Position numbers and translations under genes: made by a program. Source: Myxococcota bacterium (GTDB lineage: Bacteria; Myxococcota_A; UBA796; GCA-2862545). From it: 64,000 nucleotides of DNA. Under the pieces are notes generated by a model. The model ran no database searches and was not told where the DNA came from. It was given only the letters and a program-made list of their open reading frames with translations. The stretch covers positions 1 through 64,000 of the forward strand of contig JBCCQY010000012.1 of assembly GCA_039208735.1 (NCBI GenBank). Reading direction: 5' to 3'. Position 1 is the first letter of the stretch, and each line of letters begins with the position of its first letter. Positions 48,011-57,609 of the stretch are shown here, in pieces.

Positions 48011-48888
48011 CCCGACCCACGACCGATGGCTGGCTGGCCGCTCTGGGGGCCCTGGCCCTGGGAGGGGTGGCGTGGTGGTCAGCCAACAATGCGCTGGTGT
48101 TGGTGGTGGCCCCTCTTCTGGCGGTCATCGCCTTGGGTTGGGGCCTCGGGGTGCGCAACGTGCGAGGTCTGCACATCACGAGGCGGTGGCCGGGGGAGCT
48201 GGTCGCGGGTCGGCCGGGCCGCGGCACACTGGTGCTCACCCGGCCTTCGGGACGAAGTCGGTCGTTTCAGATCGAGGAAGCGGGATTGTCGCAAACCTGG
48301 GTCGCCACGGTGGGGGAAGAGGCGGTTGTGCACTGCACCTGGCGGTTTCCCGATCGGGGGGTGCACCGGGTCGGTCCGCTGCACATCACGTCGACGTGGC
48401 CCTTCGGGTTGTTTCGCCACAGCTGCACCCTGCAGATCCCGGACACCGTGCTCGTGGGCGTGCGCCCTCATCCCAGCGCCCTGGAGCCAACCGCGCAGTC
48501 GGGCGATGGGCGGTCTGGGCGCCGCGGACGGGTGGGCACCGGCGACTTAGTGGGGTTGCGGGCTTATGCGCCGGGGGATCCTGTGCGGCGGGTGCATTGG
48601 CCGACCACCGCGCGCGTCGGAACCCTCATGATGGCGGAACGTGCGGTCGATGAGCACGATGCACTCATCGTCGAAGTCGTCGCCCGCGCCACGGGGACGA
48701 GCTGGGAGCGAGAACTGTCGAAGGCGGCCGGGCAAATTCAGCGCGCGGCGCGACAGGGATTGCGCATCGGGCTTTCATTGCCCTCTTTGGCAGATCGAGA
48801 ACGCGTCACGCTTCCGGCGCGTGCTGGGGACGGTTGGCGCCGACACCTGCTGGAAACCTTGGCTCGGATGCCTCGGGTCACCCCATGA
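48007..48888 (+). CDS. DUF58 domain protein
   Basis: WPFGLF, GLRAYAPGDPVRRVHW..TAR. Confidence 0.92.
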   Translation: MTRPTTDGWLAALGALALGGVAWWSANNALVLVVAPLLAVIALGWGLGVRNVRGLHITRRWPGELVAGRPGRGTLVLTRPSGRSRSFQIEEAGLSQTWVATVGEEAVVHCTWRFPDRGVHRVGPLHITSTWPFGLFRHSCTLQIPDTVLVGVRPHPSALEPTAQSGDGRSGRRGRVGTGDLVGLRAYAPGDPVRRVHWPTTARVGTLMMAERAVDEHDALIVEVVARATGTSWERELSKAAGQIQRAARQGLRIGLSLPSLADRERVTLPARAGDGWRRHLLETLARMPRVTP

Positions 48889-50744
48889 GTCCACGCACCG
48901 TAGGGACCGCTCTGACGATGGGCGCTGGCTTTGCCGGGCTCGCGCTGCTCCCTGGGTTGTGGCCGCTCGCCTTGATCGGGTTGGGATTGGCATGGGGAGG
49001 ACCTTGGCTTTACCGCCGTTGGGCGACCCTCGAGCGCCTGGGTGAAGTCGGGACCCTCATTGCGGTGGGAATGGCGGCAGCGGTGTGGTGGATGGGGGTG
49101 GCTTCATCCTTAGTGATGGGCGGTTTGCTCGTCTATCTGCAGGTCCACCGCCGAACGGCGCGGCACGGTCCCACCGCCGATCGGGTCACCGTGGTCATCG
49201 CAGCCCTCATGCTCGTGACGGCCGCCGGGGCTACCCAGTCGTTGGCCCTTTTGCCGTGTCTGCTCGCCTGGGCTCTAGGGCTGCCCCTGGCCCTTCTCGA
49301 TGAAGATGCGGTGGCCCCGCCGGTGGGGGCGCTGGTGTTGGGGACCTTGGGCCTGGGGTTGGCGTTGTTCGTGCTTGCCCCTCGGGCCAACACGATGGGG
49401 TCGACGGTGCCTGCGGGCGCCACCGGATTCACCGATGAGGTTGAACTCGGTGATCTCGACGCCCTCCTCGACGATCCGGCCGTCGTGTTTCGTGCTTCGA
49501 TCGATCCTGTGCCCGAGGGCCGACCGTACTGGCGCGGCATCGCCCTCGATGCCTTCGACGGCACGCGCTGGGCGGTGGGAACCCCCCGACGTGCGGTGGC
49601 CGAGCCTCCCGCATTGCCGCCGCTGCCGTTGCCGGAGATGCCGGGACGGCCCACGTGGACGGTGGATGTTCAGATGGTGGAAGCGCCCAAGGACGTCCTG
49701 TTCTTGCCCGGGACGTTGCTTGGGTACGCCGGACCGCCGGCCGCCAGCGATGCCCAAGGGGGCTGGTTTGCAACCACCGGTCCTCCGTCGGCCTTTGTGG
49801 CGTGGGTCGACCCCTTCACGGACCGTGCGCCGGCTGACTTGCCCGGGGAGCCTCGGTTCGACGGGGAGGTTCAGACGCGCATTGCCGATTTAGCTCGAAC
49901 GGTGGCGGGCGATGCGCCAGCGGCGACCCAAGTGGCCCGACTCACCGATCATCTCCGAGATGGCTACCCTTACGCGCGTCGGGGCTACCGAGGGGAAAAT
50001 CCCCTTGCAGAGTTTCTTTTTGAACGACGAGGGGGCCACTGCGAGTACTTCGCCTCGGCCCTTGCGGTCATGGTTCGCGCCATTGGGCTTCCTTCGAGGG
50101 TGGTCAACGGATTTGTCGGGGGAGAGCGCAATCCCGTCACGGGGCAGTGGGTGGTGCGGCGACGAGACGCCCACTCCTGGGTCGAGGTGCAGCTGCCCGG
50201 TGAAGGGTGGGTGGTCTTCGACCCAACGCCCGTTCGCGAGCCCAGCCCCTCCGAGGAGCCTGGATGGGCGCTACAAGATGCCGCGGCCGGGTTTTGGCAG
50301 GCGGCTCTTGCCTACAATGGCACCGATCAACAACGTGCGGTCGCCGTGGTGACGGCGTGGTGGTCGAGCGACGCTCCTTTTGTGACGCGGGGGACTGTGG
50401 GAGCCGGGGTGTTGTTGGTGATGGGCTTGGGCGGTCTGGTCGGCTTGCTTGGCCGTGGGCGGCCCCGGCTGCCGCAGGGCTCCGCCCCTTCCCGGTGGCG
50501 AACCCTGCACGCTCGGGTCCGTAGTGCCCTTGCCAAACATCTTGAAACGCCGGTTCCGTCATCGCTGCCGCCCCGTGCGGCGAGTCGTTGGGTCGCGCAG
50601 CAAGGCGATGCAGCGCTTGGGGAGGCCTACCAAGCCTTCGTCGAGGTGTTGTACGACGCGGTGATCGGGGGCCATGACGATGCCAAGGCCTTCGCCACGG
50701 CTCAGGCCTTGGCAAAGCGAATCCTGAAATGGCCACGACGTTAA
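48885..50744 (+). CDS. DUF3488/transglutaminase-like membrane protein (TgpA-like)
   Basis: YWRG..LD.FDG, GHCEYFA, HSWVEV, FDPTP. Confidence 0.92.
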   Translation: MSPRTVGTALTMGAGFAGLALLPGLWPLALIGLGLAWGGPWLYRRWATLERLGEVGTLIAVGMAAAVWWMGVASSLVMGGLLVYLQVHRRTARHGPTADRVTVVIAALMLVTAAGATQSLALLPCLLAWALGLPLALLDEDAVAPPVGALVLGTLGLGLALFVLAPRANTMGSTVPAGATGFTDEVELGDLDALLDDPAVVFRASIDPVPEGRPYWRGIALDAFDGTRWAVGTPRRAVAEPPALPPLPLPEMPGRPTWTVDVQMVEAPKDVLFLPGTLLGYAGPPAASDAQGGWFATTGPPSAFVAWVDPFTDRAPADLPGEPRFDGEVQTRIADLARTVAGDAPAATQVARLTDHLRDGYPYARRGYRGENPLAEFLFERRGGHCEYFASALAVMVRAIGLPSRVVNGFVGGERNPVTGQWVVRRRDAHSWVEVQLPGEGWVVFDPTPVREPSPSEEPGWALQDAAAGFWQAALAYNGTDQQRAVAVVTAWWSSDAPFVTRGTVGAGVLLVMGLGGLVGLLGRGRPRLPQGSAPSRWRTLHARVRSALAKHLETPVPSSLPPRAASRWVAQQGDAALGEAYQAFVEVLYDAVIGGHDDAKAFATAQALAKRILKWPRR

Positions 50745-50753
50745 GGCAGCCCC

Positions 50754-51587
50754 ATGAAATGGTTCGGCTGGTTGTGGGCCCTGGTCGTTGCGTGCACCGG
50801 GGGAGGCGAGAACACCTACATCGTTGAAGGTGTGGTGATCGAAGTGAAGTCCGAAGAGGTCATCATCGACCACGAGGACATCGATGGATTGATGCCGGCA
50901 ATGGTGATGGGGTTTCCCGTTGAAGACCCGTCGATGCTCGAGCACATCAAACCCGGCCAACGGGTCATTGCACGCTACGTCCTCGAAGGTCCGAAGTCGC
51001 GGCTCAACAAGATCCGGGTGACGGGCCAGGGGCCGATTCCAAAGCTCGAGACTTCACCATTGCGCCCTGGTGAGCCCTGGCCAGACGTGACGGTGCCGGT
51101 GCATGATGGAACATCCGTACGGTTGGGAGCGGGCCAGACCGATCGGGTATTGCTCACGTTCATCTATACACGATGCCCCCTGCCTGAGGCCTGTCCGGCC
51201 ATTGTGTCTCGGTTTGCCGCCCTCCAGGACCAGTTGGCCGCCGACGACGCCGTCACCTTGCTCGCCATTTCGCTCGACCCCGCCTACGACAGCCTCGACG
51301 TGCTCAAGCGGTACGCCGAGGATGTCGGTGTGGGACCCAAGTGGAAGCTCGGACGGGTAGAGTCTGACGTGCTGGCCGACTTTGCGAAGCGGTCGGGAAT
51401 GAACGTGATGCCCGATGGGGATCAGATCGCCCACGGCCTTCGCATCTTGGCGCTGGATGCCGGTGGAAAGCTCATCGAGCGCTATGACTCACCGCGATTC
51501 GACGGGGACCGCGTGCTCACCCAACTGAAGACCGGGAAATCGCCAGAACCCGCAGCGAATCCTACGCCTCCAGCCGAACCGGAGTAA
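50754..51587 (+). CDS. SCO family copper chaperone with N-terminal CusF-like domain, lipoprotein
   Basis: IDHEDI.GLMPAMVMGF (CusF-like); FIYTRCPLPEACP, ISLDP.YD, conserved His (IAHG). Confidence 0.88.
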   Translation: MKWFGWLWALVVACTGGGENTYIVEGVVIEVKSEEVIIDHEDIDGLMPAMVMGFPVEDPSMLEHIKPGQRVIARYVLEGPKSRLNKIRVTGQGPIPKLETSPLRPGEPWPDVTVPVHDGTSVRLGAGQTDRVLLTFIYTRCPLPEACPAIVSRFAALQDQLAADDAVTLLAISLDPAYDSLDVLKRYAEDVGVGPKWKLGRVESDVLADFAKRSGMNVMPDGDQIAHGLRILALDAGGKLIERYDSPRFDGDRVLTQLKTGKSPEPAANPTPPAEPE

Positions 51588-51617
51588 GCCGGGTATCCTG
51601 CGGCCCGGGAGGGTCGC

Positions 51618-53288
51618 ATGCGGTTCGTTGGCCTTAGCTGGTTGGTAGCGTGCAGCGGAACGGTCGATCCGACGGGCACCGACGGCACCCCTACGCCGAA
51701 TGGCCTGGATGCGGACCAAGATGGGTTTGCCCAGGCCTTCGACTGCGATGACGCCGATCCAACGGTGTTTCCGGGGGCCGACGATGTGCCCTACGACGGC
51801 ATCGATTCGGACTGCGCCGGCGATTCGGACTTCGATGCCGATGGCGATGGTCTTGACAGCGATGTCTACGGCGGTACCGACTGCAACGATGCGGAAGCAA
51901 CAGCGTTTCCGGGTGCCCGTGAAGCGTGCGACGGCTTCGACACCGACTGTGACGGGACGGTCGACAGTCCGCCGCCCGACGATGCGCCGTTGTGGTTTCC
52001 GGATGCCGATCAGGACGGGTGGGGGGCCTCCGACGGCCCCGTGCGTGCGTGTTCTCCTCCTAAGGGTTTTGTGGACTTGAGGGATGACTGTGATGATGCG
52101 CAGCCCTCGGTGTTTCCGGGAGCGGCCGAAGTTCCCTGCGATGGCTTCGACAACGACTGCGATCCCGCGACGCTGCAGTCCGACACCGGTGCACGGTTGG
52201 TCGGCATCCTCTACTCAAGCGTGGAAGAGGCGCTGGCCGCAGCGATTCCCGGGGACACCGTTCAGGTTTGTGAGGGGCGGCATCGGCAGGTCGAGGGCGT
52301 GATTGCGTCGGAACTCACCGTCGTGGGGCTTGGCGGGGCGGCCGGCACCATCCTCGAAGGGTCCAAATCATCCGTGTTGTCGGTAGAAACCCATGAAGAG
52401 GTCCAGATTCGGGGCCTCACCCTCACCGCGGGACTCGGGCGATCTTGGTTCGGCGAGCGCGTCGGTGGGGGGGTGTTCGTTGAGCCCGGGGGCCGGGTCA
52501 CGTTGACCGACGTCCATGTCTTCGACAATTTTGCGTGGAGGGGAGGGGGCGTCTACGCCGCCACGGATGCCACGGTGAGGATGGATGCCGTGACCGTCGA
52601 GTCGAATGAGGCGACGTTGGCGGAGTTGTCAGGAGGGGGTGTTTATCTGGCTTCGGGCGCCCACGTGACCCTTGACAACGCCACGCGCATTGCGTTCAAC
52701 GAGACCAGCACGTCGTGTGGGGGAGTTGCCCTCATGGGCTTGGCGGTTCTCGAGGGCGATGGCACGGCCCTCATCGAGGACAACATGTCGGTCCAGAGCG
52801 GTGCGGGAGGGTGTGCGGCCACGAGCAGTGAGGTTCAGGGGGTCCGCTTGCGCAACAACGCGGCCGGGGGCAGTGGCGGGGGCCTAACCGTCGACGGTGC
52901 CACGTTGCGCGATGTGTTCATCGAATCCAATGTGGCCGGAAATCTGGGAGGGGGGCTCGAACTGCTGGGCTTGGTCACCCTCGACACCGTGACGGTGCTT
53001 GCAAACCAGTCCTTTCTTGGAGCGGGTGGGGTGCGGCTGGGTTCGGGGAGCGACGTGACCTGGAATGGGGGTGCGCTCATCGAGAACGAGGTGCTCAATG
53101 CCGCCCGGCCATCGGGGGGCGCTGAGATCGGCTTGGATGCCGTCCTTGACGTGACCGATGTCGACTTTGGATTTGGCATCACCGACAACGATCCCAACGA
53201 CCTCGAAGTGTTGTTCGACGATTCCATCTTCGACTTCGATGGCTTCGTCAGCATCGTTTGCGACGGCAGCGTCGGTCTTTGCCTCTAG
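51618..53288 (+). CDS. Lipoprotein with MopE-like putative metal-binding repeats and a beta-helix region
   Basis: Repeats DADQDG..DCDD....VFPGA.E.CDG.D.DC; N-x-A...GGG repeats. Confidence 0.85.
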   Translation: MRFVGLSWLVACSGTVDPTGTDGTPTPNGLDADQDGFAQAFDCDDADPTVFPGADDVPYDGIDSDCAGDSDFDADGDGLDSDVYGGTDCNDAEATAFPGAREACDGFDTDCDGTVDSPPPDDAPLWFPDADQDGWGASDGPVRACSPPKGFVDLRDDCDDAQPSVFPGAAEVPCDGFDNDCDPATLQSDTGARLVGILYSSVEEALAAAIPGDTVQVCEGRHRQVEGVIASELTVVGLGGAAGTILEGSKSSVLSVETHEEVQIRGLTLTAGLGRSWFGERVGGGVFVEPGGRVTLTDVHVFDNFAWRGGGVYAATDATVRMDAVTVESNEATLAELSGGGVYLASGAHVTLDNATRIAFNETSTSCGGVALMGLAVLEGDGTALIEDNMSVQSGAGGCAATSSEVQGVRLRNNAAGGSGGGLTVDGATLRDVFIESNVAGNLGGGLELLGLVTLDTVTVLANQSFLGAGGVRLGSGSDVTWNGGALIENEVLNAARPSGGAEIGLDAVLDVTDVDFGFGITDNDPNDLEVLFDDSIFDFDGFVSIVCDGSVGLCL

Positions 53289-53304
53289 TTCCCGCGGTTT
53301 GCGA

Positions 53305-54600
53305 TCAGATAGCCGGAAGGACGAGGGTGAAGGTGCTGCCGCGTCCGAGTTGGCTGCGCGCGGTCAGCTCCCCGCCGAGGAGTTTGGCGAGTTCGCGGCT
53401 CAAGGCCAGTCCCAGACCGGTGTCCTCGACCGTCCGGGTGGGGGATTCGTCGGCCTGGGTGAATCGCTCGAACAGGGTGGGAAGGAGGTCCGCCGCAATG
53501 CCGATTCCGGTGTCCTCGACGGCGATGACGAGGCTTTCGCCTCGCTGATTGGCGCGGACGAGAATGGTCCCCTGTTCGGTGAACTTGGCCGCGTTCGACA
53601 GCAGATTCAACAAGATCTGTTCGAGCCGCACCGGATCGGTGGTCAGCGGAGGCAAGGCTTCGGCAATCTCGGTGATAAGTGCGTTTCCCCTTGCCTTGGC
53701 CAGGGGGGCCGTCTCTTTTAGCGCTCGATCGACCACCTGGGTGATGTGTACGGACTCAGTGCGCAAATCGAGGGCACCTTCCTCAACCCGGGTGAGGTCA
53801 AGAATGTCGTTCACCAGCGTCAGCAACCGTGACCCTGCGTGATGGATGGCTTCGAGATCGTGTTGAATCGGTTCACTGCCTTCGAGTTCCGCGACCTCTT
53901 CCCGTGCGAGTTCGGCGTAGCCAAGAATGGCGTTGAGCGGTGTGCGGAGTTCGTGGCTCATGTTGGCGAGAAAGCGGCTTTTGGTGTCCGAAGCGGCCAG
54001 GGCGCGCATCTCGGCCCGTCGTCGCACCTCAACCTCGCTCTGCAGGTCTGCGGTTCGGTCACGAACCTTTTCTTCGAGGGCGTCGCGGGAACGTCGGAGC
54101 GCCCGCGTGAGAGCGATACGCTGGGCTGCGATCGCCACGACGAGGGCGCCTAGCACGAGGGCTGTGGTGGCCAACATCAGCGGGGAGGTCCCCGGCGACG
54201 TCACGTAGGCCCCCGCCGCCAACACCATCGCCACAAAGCCGACGACGTATAGCGATGCGCCCCAAGTGGAACGGAAGCTCGCAATGCAAGCGACTTCGAC
54301 CACCAAGATGCCCGACGAGTGGGTCGTTGGAAACTGGTTGCCCCACAGCAGGAGGCCGACCCAAATCGTGACCACGATGGAGGTGAGATGCAGGGATCGA
54401 TCTCGCCATCGGCGGGGGACTTCGCGTCGGAGCAAGACGGCGAGCACCACGCACCATGCGGAGAGCGCAATGCGCATCCACCAGGGATCGAACACCGATT
54501 CGCTGGTGGCTCGCCAGACGACGCCCATTATCGGCGTGCCGATCGCGGCCGAGAGCAGCACCAGAGGAAGGAACGTAGGATTCTTGGGTGCACCGGACAT
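53305..54600 (-). CDS. Membrane sensor histidine kinase
   Basis: FLANMSHELRTPLN, NLLSNAAKFT, DTGIG, FERF, TGLGL. Confidence 0.95.
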   Translation of the reverse strand: MSGAPKNPTFLPLVLLSAAIGTPIMGVVWRATSESVFDPWWMRIALSAWCVVLAVLLRREVPRRWRDRSLHLTSIVVTIWVGLLLWGNQFPTTHSSGILVVEVACIASFRSTWGASLYVVGFVAMVLAAGAYVTSPGTSPLMLATTALVLGALVVAIAAQRIALTRALRRSRDALEEKVRDRTADLQSEVEVRRRAEMRALAASDTKSRFLANMSHELRTPLNAILGYAELAREEVAELEGSEPIQHDLEAIHHAGSRLLTLVNDILDLTRVEEGALDLRTESVHITQVVDRALKETAPLAKARGNALITEIAEALPPLTTDPVRLEQILLNLLSNAAKFTEQGTILVRANQRGESLVIAVEDTGIGIAADLLPTLFERFTQADESPTRTVEDTGLGLALSRELAKLLGGELTARSQLGRGSTFTLVLPAI

Positions 54601-54667
54601 GGCGGTCCCGGGCTCGAGGAAGGATCGAGGGGCCTTTGGTTATCCCGTCTACCAGATGTGCGTTCCG

Positions 54668-55417
54668 CTACAAACGCGCATCGAGTCGAGCATACACATC
54701 GCCCGAACCGTCGACGGGCTTCAGGGACGCAAGTTCTGCCCGTATGGCGTCCGCATCCAACCAACGATCGTGGTGCCACTTCAAGCTCTCGGCGGCCGAA
54801 AACCGGTATTGGTAGCGCCCAAGCGCCTCCAGCCGGTCGACGCAGGCGATGGCCCGGTCCTGCGTTTCCGACATGGCTTCGAACGACAGCCCCTCCACCG
54901 GCGTTGAGAGTCCGTTCAACACCTCATCCTCGAGTCCCTCGACGTCGATCTTGATGAAGCGGGGAAGACCATGGTGCTCGATCAAGGCATCGAGGGTGGT
55001 GAGCGAGACCTGGATGTGATCGTCCCAACGCACCCCGGCCCATCGTTCGGTGGGGCTCACCCCGGCCACGAAGTCGGCCGAGAACGTCGAAACGGTCGGT
55101 GTGGCACGGCTGATGAGCAAGCGACCGTGTCCGGGTGTGGCGGCGACGCCGACCGGTTCGATGATCACGTCGTCACGGCGTCCATAGAGCCATCGCAGGA
55201 TCGTCACGAAATCCGGCTGGGGTTCCACCGCCACGACGCGGGCTCCCAAGGCAAGCCAATGTCCAACCCGGTTCCCGGCATGGGCTCCGATGTCGAAGGC
55301 GAGGTCCCCAGCACCCACGAATTCAGCGTAGAAGCGTCGGGCACGCCACGTTTTGAACGGTTGGCCATAGTAAATGGCCAGCGATCGCACGATGCCAAAG
55401 AGTCGAGTGGGGCTCAT
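54668..55417 (-). CDS. FkbM family methyltransferase
   Basis: FDIGAHAG, AVEP, TTLD, FIKIDVEG. Confidence 0.93.
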   Translation of the reverse strand: MSPTRLFGIVRSLAIYYGQPFKTWRARRFYAEFVGAGDLAFDIGAHAGNRVGHWLALGARVVAVEPQPDFVTILRWLYGRRDDVIIEPVGVAATPGHGRLLISRATPTVSTFSADFVAGVSPTERWAGVRWDDHIQVSLTTLDALIEHHGLPRFIKIDVEGLEDEVLNGLSTPVEGLSFEAMSETQDRAIACVDRLEALGRYQYRFSAAESLKWHHDRWLDADAIRAELASLKPVDGSGDVYARLDARL

Positions 55418-56874
55418 TCGACGTAGCCCAACGCGCGAAGGGCCTCGATCGTATCTTGGTCGCGGTCTTGCGACGTGGGCCTAGGAGCATCCCAAGTGTC
55501 GAGTGCGGCGGCCAGCTCCGCTTGGACCTCGGGTCGTTCGACCGACTCGCCCGATCTGGTATCGAGCAGGGCCAGGGTGTAGCCGCCCTCCAGCTTGGGG
55601 CGAGCCACGAGCTTGAACCGATCGGTACGCACCGTGCGTTCGCGGGCAGACTCGGCGGGCCAACGGTTTGCCGCGGCGAGGAGGCGCGTACGCACGTCTG
55701 GGAAGGCCTCGGAAAGATCCGTTTGAAGTCCTGGATCGAGATCGTGTCGATGCAGGGTGGGCGCCTGGCGGCCCTTATGGCATAGGCTGTATGGAGGATC
55801 GTTTAGGCACCACCTTCGCTTTCGACCACTCACCAGCGCGCCGAAGAGCCGAACATGCAGCGCACTGCCGGACTCCGCGAACCGGCGTCCGTTTGCGGGC
55901 GGGGACGCGCCTCGCCATCGCGCAGAGGTGTCCTCGCCATCCAGACCGTCGGGAATCGTCAGGTCCAACAGGCCTAACAGCGACGGCAGGGTGTCGGTCA
56001 GTGACAGCACGCCAAGGTCCTCGCCAGGCGCCACGCCGGGACCGGCCACGACGTAGGGCACGCGGAGCGATGCATCGTGGACGTTGGGACCGTGCTCATA
56101 GAAAAGCCCTCGTTCGCCCTGGTTCTCGCCATGATCCGCGGTGAAGATCACCACACCGTCGCCTGGCCGCTGCTCAAACGCATCGATCATGGCGCCCAAC
56201 GCTTGGTCCACCCGAGCGATCTCGTCGTCGTACCGGCGCTGGCAGTCGTCCAGTGCGGTCCTCGCTAGGTCATCTCGGTTCATGAACACGGCCGCACGGC
56301 CGTTCTCTTGGCCAAACGGCACCAACTCCGCGCACGCACCTTCCGTCGTGTTGGGCGTGTAAGGGAAGTGCGGATCAGCCAGGTGAACCCAAAGGAAAAG
56401 GGGGCCGCGTCCCGTAAGGTAAGACTGCGCCTTCTTGACCACCTCGTCAGCGGGGGCATCGTGCATGACGGTGAAGGCATCAAAGCCGCTATCCAGGCCC
56501 TGAGCAGGCCCGGCCACCTTCATGGCCGATACGGCCACGGTCTTCCATCCCACGCTTCGAAGTGATTGGGATAGGGTAGGTAGTCCCTTTCGAATTGGAG
56601 TACCGACCTCGCGGCTTGCGTGGTTGTGGGGAGCGAGCCCGGTGTGGAGCGAGGCCAACGCGGGGGTGGTGCGGGGAAGTGGGGTGGTGGCCTGTCGGAA
56701 GATCCGGCCTCGCTTGGCCAGGGCGTCGAGGGCGGGCGTGCGGGCTGCAGAGTGGCCGCTAAAGCCAAGCCGATCCGCACGCAGCGTGTCGACGCTGATG
56801 ATCAGGACATCGGGGGCGTCGGGTGGAGGAGTGGGACCAAAGCTGCAGGACCATGCCCAGAGCGCGCCTACCAT
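55414..56874 (-). CDS. Sulfatase-like (alkaline phosphatase superfamily) lipoprotein with Thr at the nucleophile position
   Basis: ISVDTLRAD, RTTPALASLHTG, DPH, TADHGE, EHG; ends LRALGYVE. Confidence 0.88.
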   Translation of the reverse strand: MVGALWAWSCSFGPTPPPDAPDVLIISVDTLRADRLGFSGHSAARTPALDALAKRGRIFRQATTPLPRTTPALASLHTGLAPHNHASREVGTPIRKGLPTLSQSLRSVGWKTVAVSAMKVAGPAQGLDSGFDAFTVMHDAPADEVVKKAQSYLTGRGPLFLWVHLADPHFPYTPNTTEGACAELVPFGQENGRAAVFMNRDDLARTALDDCQRRYDDEIARVDQALGAMIDAFEQRPGDGVVIFTADHGENQGERGLFYEHGPNVHDASLRVPYVVAGPGVAPGEDLGVLSLTDTLPSLLGLLDLTIPDGLDGEDTSARWRGASPPANGRRFAESGSALHVRLFGALVSGRKRRWCLNDPPYSLCHKGRQAPTLHRHDLDPGLQTDLSEAFPDVRTRLLAAANRWPAESARERTVRTDRFKLVARPKLEGGYTLALLDTRSGESVERPEVQAELAAALDTWDAPRPTSQDRDQDTIEALRALGYVE

Positions 56875-57605
56875 GGCCCATCCTCTCGATGCCGGACCAA
56901 CCACCAGGCGTCGATCGCGAACGAGCCAACGAGCGTGGCGACGCCGAGGAACACACACCCAAGCGCAAGCCACGAGGGCACTGGAGCGAGACCGCCGATG
57001 AGCAATCCCACTCCGAGTCCGCACGCCCACGGGCGTCGTCGGGTGGGGGGCAACGGCCGGGACATGAAGGGCCAGATCGCTGCGGCACCCACAAAGACGT
57101 AGCGCGCGAGCCCCGCGGCCCACACCCAGGGTCCGGCTCCTGTCATCGTAATCGCCAGCCCGCACAGGACGACGACGAACAGTCCGTCGAGTTCCATGTC
57201 GAGCTGGGCCCCAAATGGCGAGGCGGTTCCTGTGCGACGGGCGAGCCAGCCATCGATCCCATCGAGGCCGAAGGCGAGACAGGCCACCGCGGTCAGGGCG
57301 ATCGAGGAGGCGTGATCGGCCTCAAACATGAACGCGGCGAGTCCTCCGACGAGTCCCGCCCGCACCAATGTGAGCTGGTTCGCGGGCCCTAATACCGGGT
57401 GGGGATGGCTTGCGAGATAAGGTCCCGCCAATCCAGCGAGGGCGAGCGGAACCGAAATCGAACGCAAGATCGCAAGTGGCGACACGGTTTCGCTGATGAC
57501 CAGAAAACCTGCGAACGAAGCGGTTCCGAGGAGAGTGAGCAAGAAGGCCAGGGCGGCCCGTTGCTGCAAGGGCCGATAAGGGCGCGAGCGCGGGCTTACG
57601 AACAT
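56868..57605 (-). CDS. CDP-alcohol phosphatidyltransferase family protein
   Basis: PANQLTLVR; LDGIDGWLARR...FGAQLDMELD. Confidence 0.93.
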   Translation of the reverse strand: MFVSPRSRPYRPLQQRAALAFLLTLLGTASFAGFLVISETVSPLAILRSISVPLALAGLAGPYLASHPHPVLGPANQLTLVRAGLVGGLAAFMFEADHASSIALTAVACLAFGLDGIDGWLARRTGTASPFGAQLDMELDGLFVVVLCGLAITMTGAGPWVWAAGLARYVFVGAAAIWPFMSRPLPPTRRRPWACGLGVGLLIGGLAPVPSWLALGCVFLGVATLVGSFAIDAWWLVRHREDGPW

Positions 57606-57609
57606 CGCG

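Noticed and set aside
51700..52170. Repetitive DNA (gactgcgatgac/gtgtttccggg units)
   Set aside because: Explained by in-frame MopE-like protein repeats.
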